Part shown: one piece after another, positions 60,320-64,000 of the stretch
Layout of the letters: every line of letters begins with the position of its first letter
Position numbering within the stretch: the first letter of the stretch is position 1
NCBI GenBank assembly: GCA_905178155.1
Contig: CAJINV010000002.1
Coordinates: 6,720,771 to 6,784,770, forward strand
Direction of reading: 5' to 3'
Origin: Amoebophrya sp. A120
Taxonomy: Eukaryota > Protista > Dinoflagellata
Length of the DNA: 64,000 nucleotides
The notes under the pieces: model-generated
Databases searched by the model: none
Seen by the model: the letters and a program-made list of their open reading frames with translations, nothing else
Told to the model about the DNA's origin: nothing
Position numbers and translations under genes: made by a program

Positions 60320-63300
60320 ATGTCCTCTGCTAGAAAACAGATGAACAGCTCGGGCTCTGCCAATGCGTACCACTATCGTGGCAGTGCCGCCATTCCCGCC
60401 GCCACGCCCACGTACCAACACCAGCAGCAACAGCGTTTCTATCCGGCGTCCAACGAAGAGATGGACCACCTGGAAAGTGCAGAGCACCCGCTGCTGAGCC
60501 ACCAGAACCACACGGCGCGAGCCGGAGGAGCGTGTGCCGCCCCGACGGGTTGGAACATGGACGAAGCCATGCACTACCAGCGCACCATATCCACGGTACA
60601 ATTATTTTTCCCGGACACGACGTACAGATGCGGTTTTTCATCTGCATAACAAAGTTTGACGCCGTTGATCCTAGTAGTTCTTGGCATGACAAGTGGCAAC
60701 ATGCTTTGCGTTGGCGAAATTTGTGATGCATTTTGTACGACGTCTGCGGGAAATTTGAATTTTCTGTGGATACACCATCCGGGCCGGGACGGCATCCTCG
60801 TCTCATGACGCGGCGGCCAATGGGGCGGGCAACAAGAAGTCCTGCATGGCGCCCTGGGTGGTCGCCTTGCTTGTAGTGCTCGGGGTGGCTGCCCTGATTG
60901 GTATCATCGTCGCTATCGCGATTGCCTGCAAGCACAAGGAAGATGAAGACCACAAGGGCACCGTCTTCAGTTTGACGCCCGTGCTTATGTTCAAGGCCAC
61001 GGACGACAAAACTACACAAGACACGATCAAGGCTGCCTTGACTGATTTGAATGACAACCTCGTGCCGGCGTTGCGCAAAGAATGTTATGAAACGCAGAAG
61101 GACACCTGCATGCGGTTCGAAGCCTTCGCTATCGAGAATGTGCCTGTTGCCAACGACGCTAAGCTACAGTCGCAGGCGAACTTCCACATCGTCACCAAGG
61201 GTAGCTCGGGGATGGATTCGCTGCAGAAGTCGCAGCCCTACCAGGCGTTGTTCGTGACCGCCGTGAAAAAGTACAAGGACGACCTGAAAATTATGGACGA
61301 AGACGTTGACTACCTGGTCCCGGGAGACGAAGACAACGACCGCAACGGCTCCAAGTTCCCGGACCATTCCACGACGGATTTCAAGATCAAAGTCGGGGAT
61401 AACAAGGACGAGCAGAGCAGCGCCAAGGCCGCCATCGAAAACAAGCCCGTGGACTGGAAAACGCTGGCTGTGAAAGACGCGAACCATCCCGCGCACGGCC
61501 AGGTGACTACCGTGATCTTCTCCTCGGACAAGAAGGAGGACGCCGACGTGCAGAAAAATATGGACACGCTGGAGCAGACGCACGTGCCGGCGCTGACCGC
61601 CGCCTGCTACGACAACAAATCGGGCGCCAATCCCCCGAACTGTTTGTACCTCGACGTTTTTAAGGCCTACACGCAGGACTGCATCAAGAAGGGGACCACC
61701 GGCGGTGATTGCAAGCAGTGGGTTCACAGCACCGTGTACACCTTCCAGCAACTGTTTCTGACCTTCGACGCCTACGACCAGTGGGCGAAGGGCGACGGCG
61801 CTAAGGCGCTGACCGATTTTCAAACCTGGGTCCAGTCTTCCGACAGGGGCACGCACCGCTACGTGACCATCGATAGCACGGAGTTCGGCTTCTCGCATAG
61901 TACGCCGACGCCTCCAACACCGCAGGAGGGCGATTTGGTTTCCCTGGTCATGAACGTCACCTTCAAGGATGAGGCCGGCATTACGAAGTTGGAAGCCGCG
62001 GACAAGGCCAAGCGTGGCGCCTACGTCGCGAACCTCGAGAAGTTGCAGTATAATCTGATTCCCGCCCTGAAGAGCGCCTGCTACGGAACTACAGGAGCAG
62101 GGGCCGCGCCAGGGCTCACTGGGTGCCTCCGTGTGGAAGCGTTCGCGACGAAGGATGGCAGTGGCACGCGCGTCACGGGCACTCTTCTCCACGTGGTTGT
62201 ACGAAAGGAAAACCTGGACACGTTGCAGCAAAACGCCGCTTTTAAGGCAGTGGTGGCCGGGGGGGAGTTCGTCGCTATGGCGAACATGTTTGTCGATAGC
62301 GCCCACACACTCGACAAGACGCCGGTTGCTGCGACAGCAAAGAATCTGACAATGACACTAGCTGACAAAAAAACCACGGTCGACTCGGCCAAAGACGTAG
62401 CGGATATNTCTGGGCCTGGGAATCGAAGGGCAACGTCCTTGACTACCTCTCATTGTCTAGCGGTGGTCCGTACCAGCACATTCCGCTCCGTAAGCCTTCA
62501 CCGCAGGGGGGCGATTTGGTTTCCCTGGTCAACCATGTCACCTTCCAGGATGAGGCCGGCATTACGAAGGAGGAAGCCACGGACAAGGCCAAGCGTGGCG
62601 CCTACGTCGCGAAACTCGAGAAGTTGCAGTACAATCTGATTCCCGCCCTGAAGAGCGCCTGCTACGGAACTACAGGAGCAGGGGCCGCGCCAGGGCTCAC
62701 TGGGTGCCTGCGGGTGGAAGCGTTCGCGACGAAGGATAGCAGTGGCACGCGCGTCACGGGCACTCTTCTCCACGTGGTTGTACGAAAAGAAAACTTGGAC
62801 ACGTTGCAGCAAAACGCCGCTTTTAAGGCAGTGGTGACAGAGCTGACGGGGGAGTTCGTCGCTATGGCGAACATGTTTGTCGATAGCGCCCACACACTCG
62901 ACACGACGCCGGTTGCTGCGACAGCAAAGAACCTGACAATGACACTAGCAGACAAAAAAACCACGGTCGACTCGGCCAAAGACGTAGCGGATATCGATTC
63001 ATGGCGAGCCGCTTCGCAGGACAGCACCGTCGCCGGTGCGGTGTGGGCCTTTGTGCTGCAGGACGACAAAGAGGGATATGCGGACGCCGTCACGAAGCTG
63101 GAATCCGAACTGCTGCCCGACATGATCGCGCTCTGTGACAGCGTTTCTGATTGCCTGTACACCGACGTTTTCAAGATGGACAATAAGACTCCCACATCGC
63201 AAGGCACTCCCAAGATTACCACTTACATTCTGCAAGTCGCGGCGAAGACTGCCGCAGTTCTGAAGGACGAGTATTTCAACAAAGCAGGCACTAGTGATCC

Positions 63301-64000
63301 GGCCCCAGCCGAGAAATTGCAGCAGTACCTCAATACAATCAAAGAAACCGTCCTGTACACGGCTCCAGGTGCTGACGTAGAGCATGGACAGCAGATTGTC
63401 GGGGGAGTTGTCAGCGCGGGAACCGCCGTACTACAAGCGCAACCAACGTACGACAGTTACCAGCAGTTCGGTCTGCGGGATCTACCGGGGCTCTTCAGCG
63501 CAACCTATCCTGTGTAAAAACGTCCCCATCTTGCTTTTGTTGTCACGCAAATTTGCATGATGGAAATGTGAATGTCTTCCATGCGGAGCGGTCCCATGTT
63601 GAGACGCATTGTCTAGTAGCTCTGTTTGAAACAAATAATTTCTGATGCTGCAATGAATATAAGATAACGCTACTGGATTTGTGATGCTGCTGCACTAGCT
63701 CTACTAGCTGAACATGATTACATTCTGAGCCCAAACTTGTCATCCGCGACAGCCAGTCTGTTTATGTCATGCGCGACAGCCAAAGTTCTAAGTTTGCTGT
63801 TTTGTCTTGCAGATTTCCCAACTTGACTCTGGGGCGGGGACGTTTTCACATAGGATACGACTACGAAGATAGTCATGAAGGATAGCGTGACCGCTGACCA
63901 GGCGAAAACAGTAGTTGATGCGTTGCACCAGTTGTTTGTTAACCTGAAGCAGAAAACCTGCCTAGTTGCGAACGTCAACTGCGAGCGTTTCAACCTGTTG
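60320..64000 (+). CDS. Second type II membrane protein with ABM-like repeats (paralog of 44570-58267); runs off the window end; contains an assembly N at 62408
   Basis: TM segment WVVALLVVLGVAALIGIIVAIAIA; repeats LVPALRKECY..CMRFEAF, LQYNLIPALKSACY..GCLRVEAF, QFGLRDLPGLFS..CERFN. Confidence 0.8.
60588..60772. mobile_element. Introner, family D-like
   Basis: tatccacgg...ctgtggata; perfect CACCA direct repeat; joins QRT|IRAG. Confidence 0.9.
61917..62996 (+). repeat. Recent tandem duplication of a ~490-bp domain-coding unit (61917-62407 and ~62497-62996), separated by an N
   Basis: Copies nearly identical but with several substitutions and one small indel. Confidence 0.8.
63506..63857. mobile_element. 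Introner, family E
   Basis: tatcctgtgtaaaaacgtcccc...ggggacgttttcacataggata; flanks CAACC/CGACT; joins FSAT|TKIVMK...CERFN. Confidence 0.85.

Noticed and set aside
62400-62500. Apparent frameshift or new introner in the last gene
   Set aside because: It coincides with an N (probable scaffold gap), so the frame across it is uninformative.
4552-63857. Host genes as transposon-killed pseudogenes
   Set aside because: Long exons remain free of stops and frameshifts, and every element can be removed in frame; one gene tolerates ten insertions.
93-63993. Numerous minus-strand and alternative-frame ORFs in the ORF track
   Set aside because: They overlap well-supported + strand genes in GC-rich coding DNA (shadow ORFs) and show no motifs.
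1-64000. Autonomous transposase, rRNA, tRNA or relic dinoflagellate spliced-leader sequence
   Set aside because: None recognised by eye; a weak match cannot be excluded without a search.

Overview
Eukaryotic, gene-dense, ~50% GC sequence in which every credible gene is on the + strand. The architecture resembles what is published for the parasitic dinoflagellate Amoebophrya (inference, not a database result). The dominant signal is 24 short (122-352 bp) non-autonomous, MITE-like elements from several families. They have terminal inverted repeats, almost always run TA...TA, and are flanked by a 5-bp direct repeat. Each sits inside a coding exon, and removing the element plus one repeat copy restores the reading frame. 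They therefore behave as non-canonical introns (introners), occur in both orientations, and share an internal GCATNACAA motif. Spliced models give: a >3,400-aa low-complexity protein; a multi-pass membrane protein; an NRF-6/acyltransferase-3 protein; a small ubiquitin-like protein; a tandem array of five C-terminal C3HC4 RING proteins plus a remnant; a ~2,290-aa RS/Q-rich protein; a very divergent PCNA-like clamp; an unknown gene with five introners; and two paralogous type II membrane proteins built from Cys-paired, ABM-like (dimeric alpha+beta barrel) repeats, the first with 16 domains in a 4x4 super-repeat.
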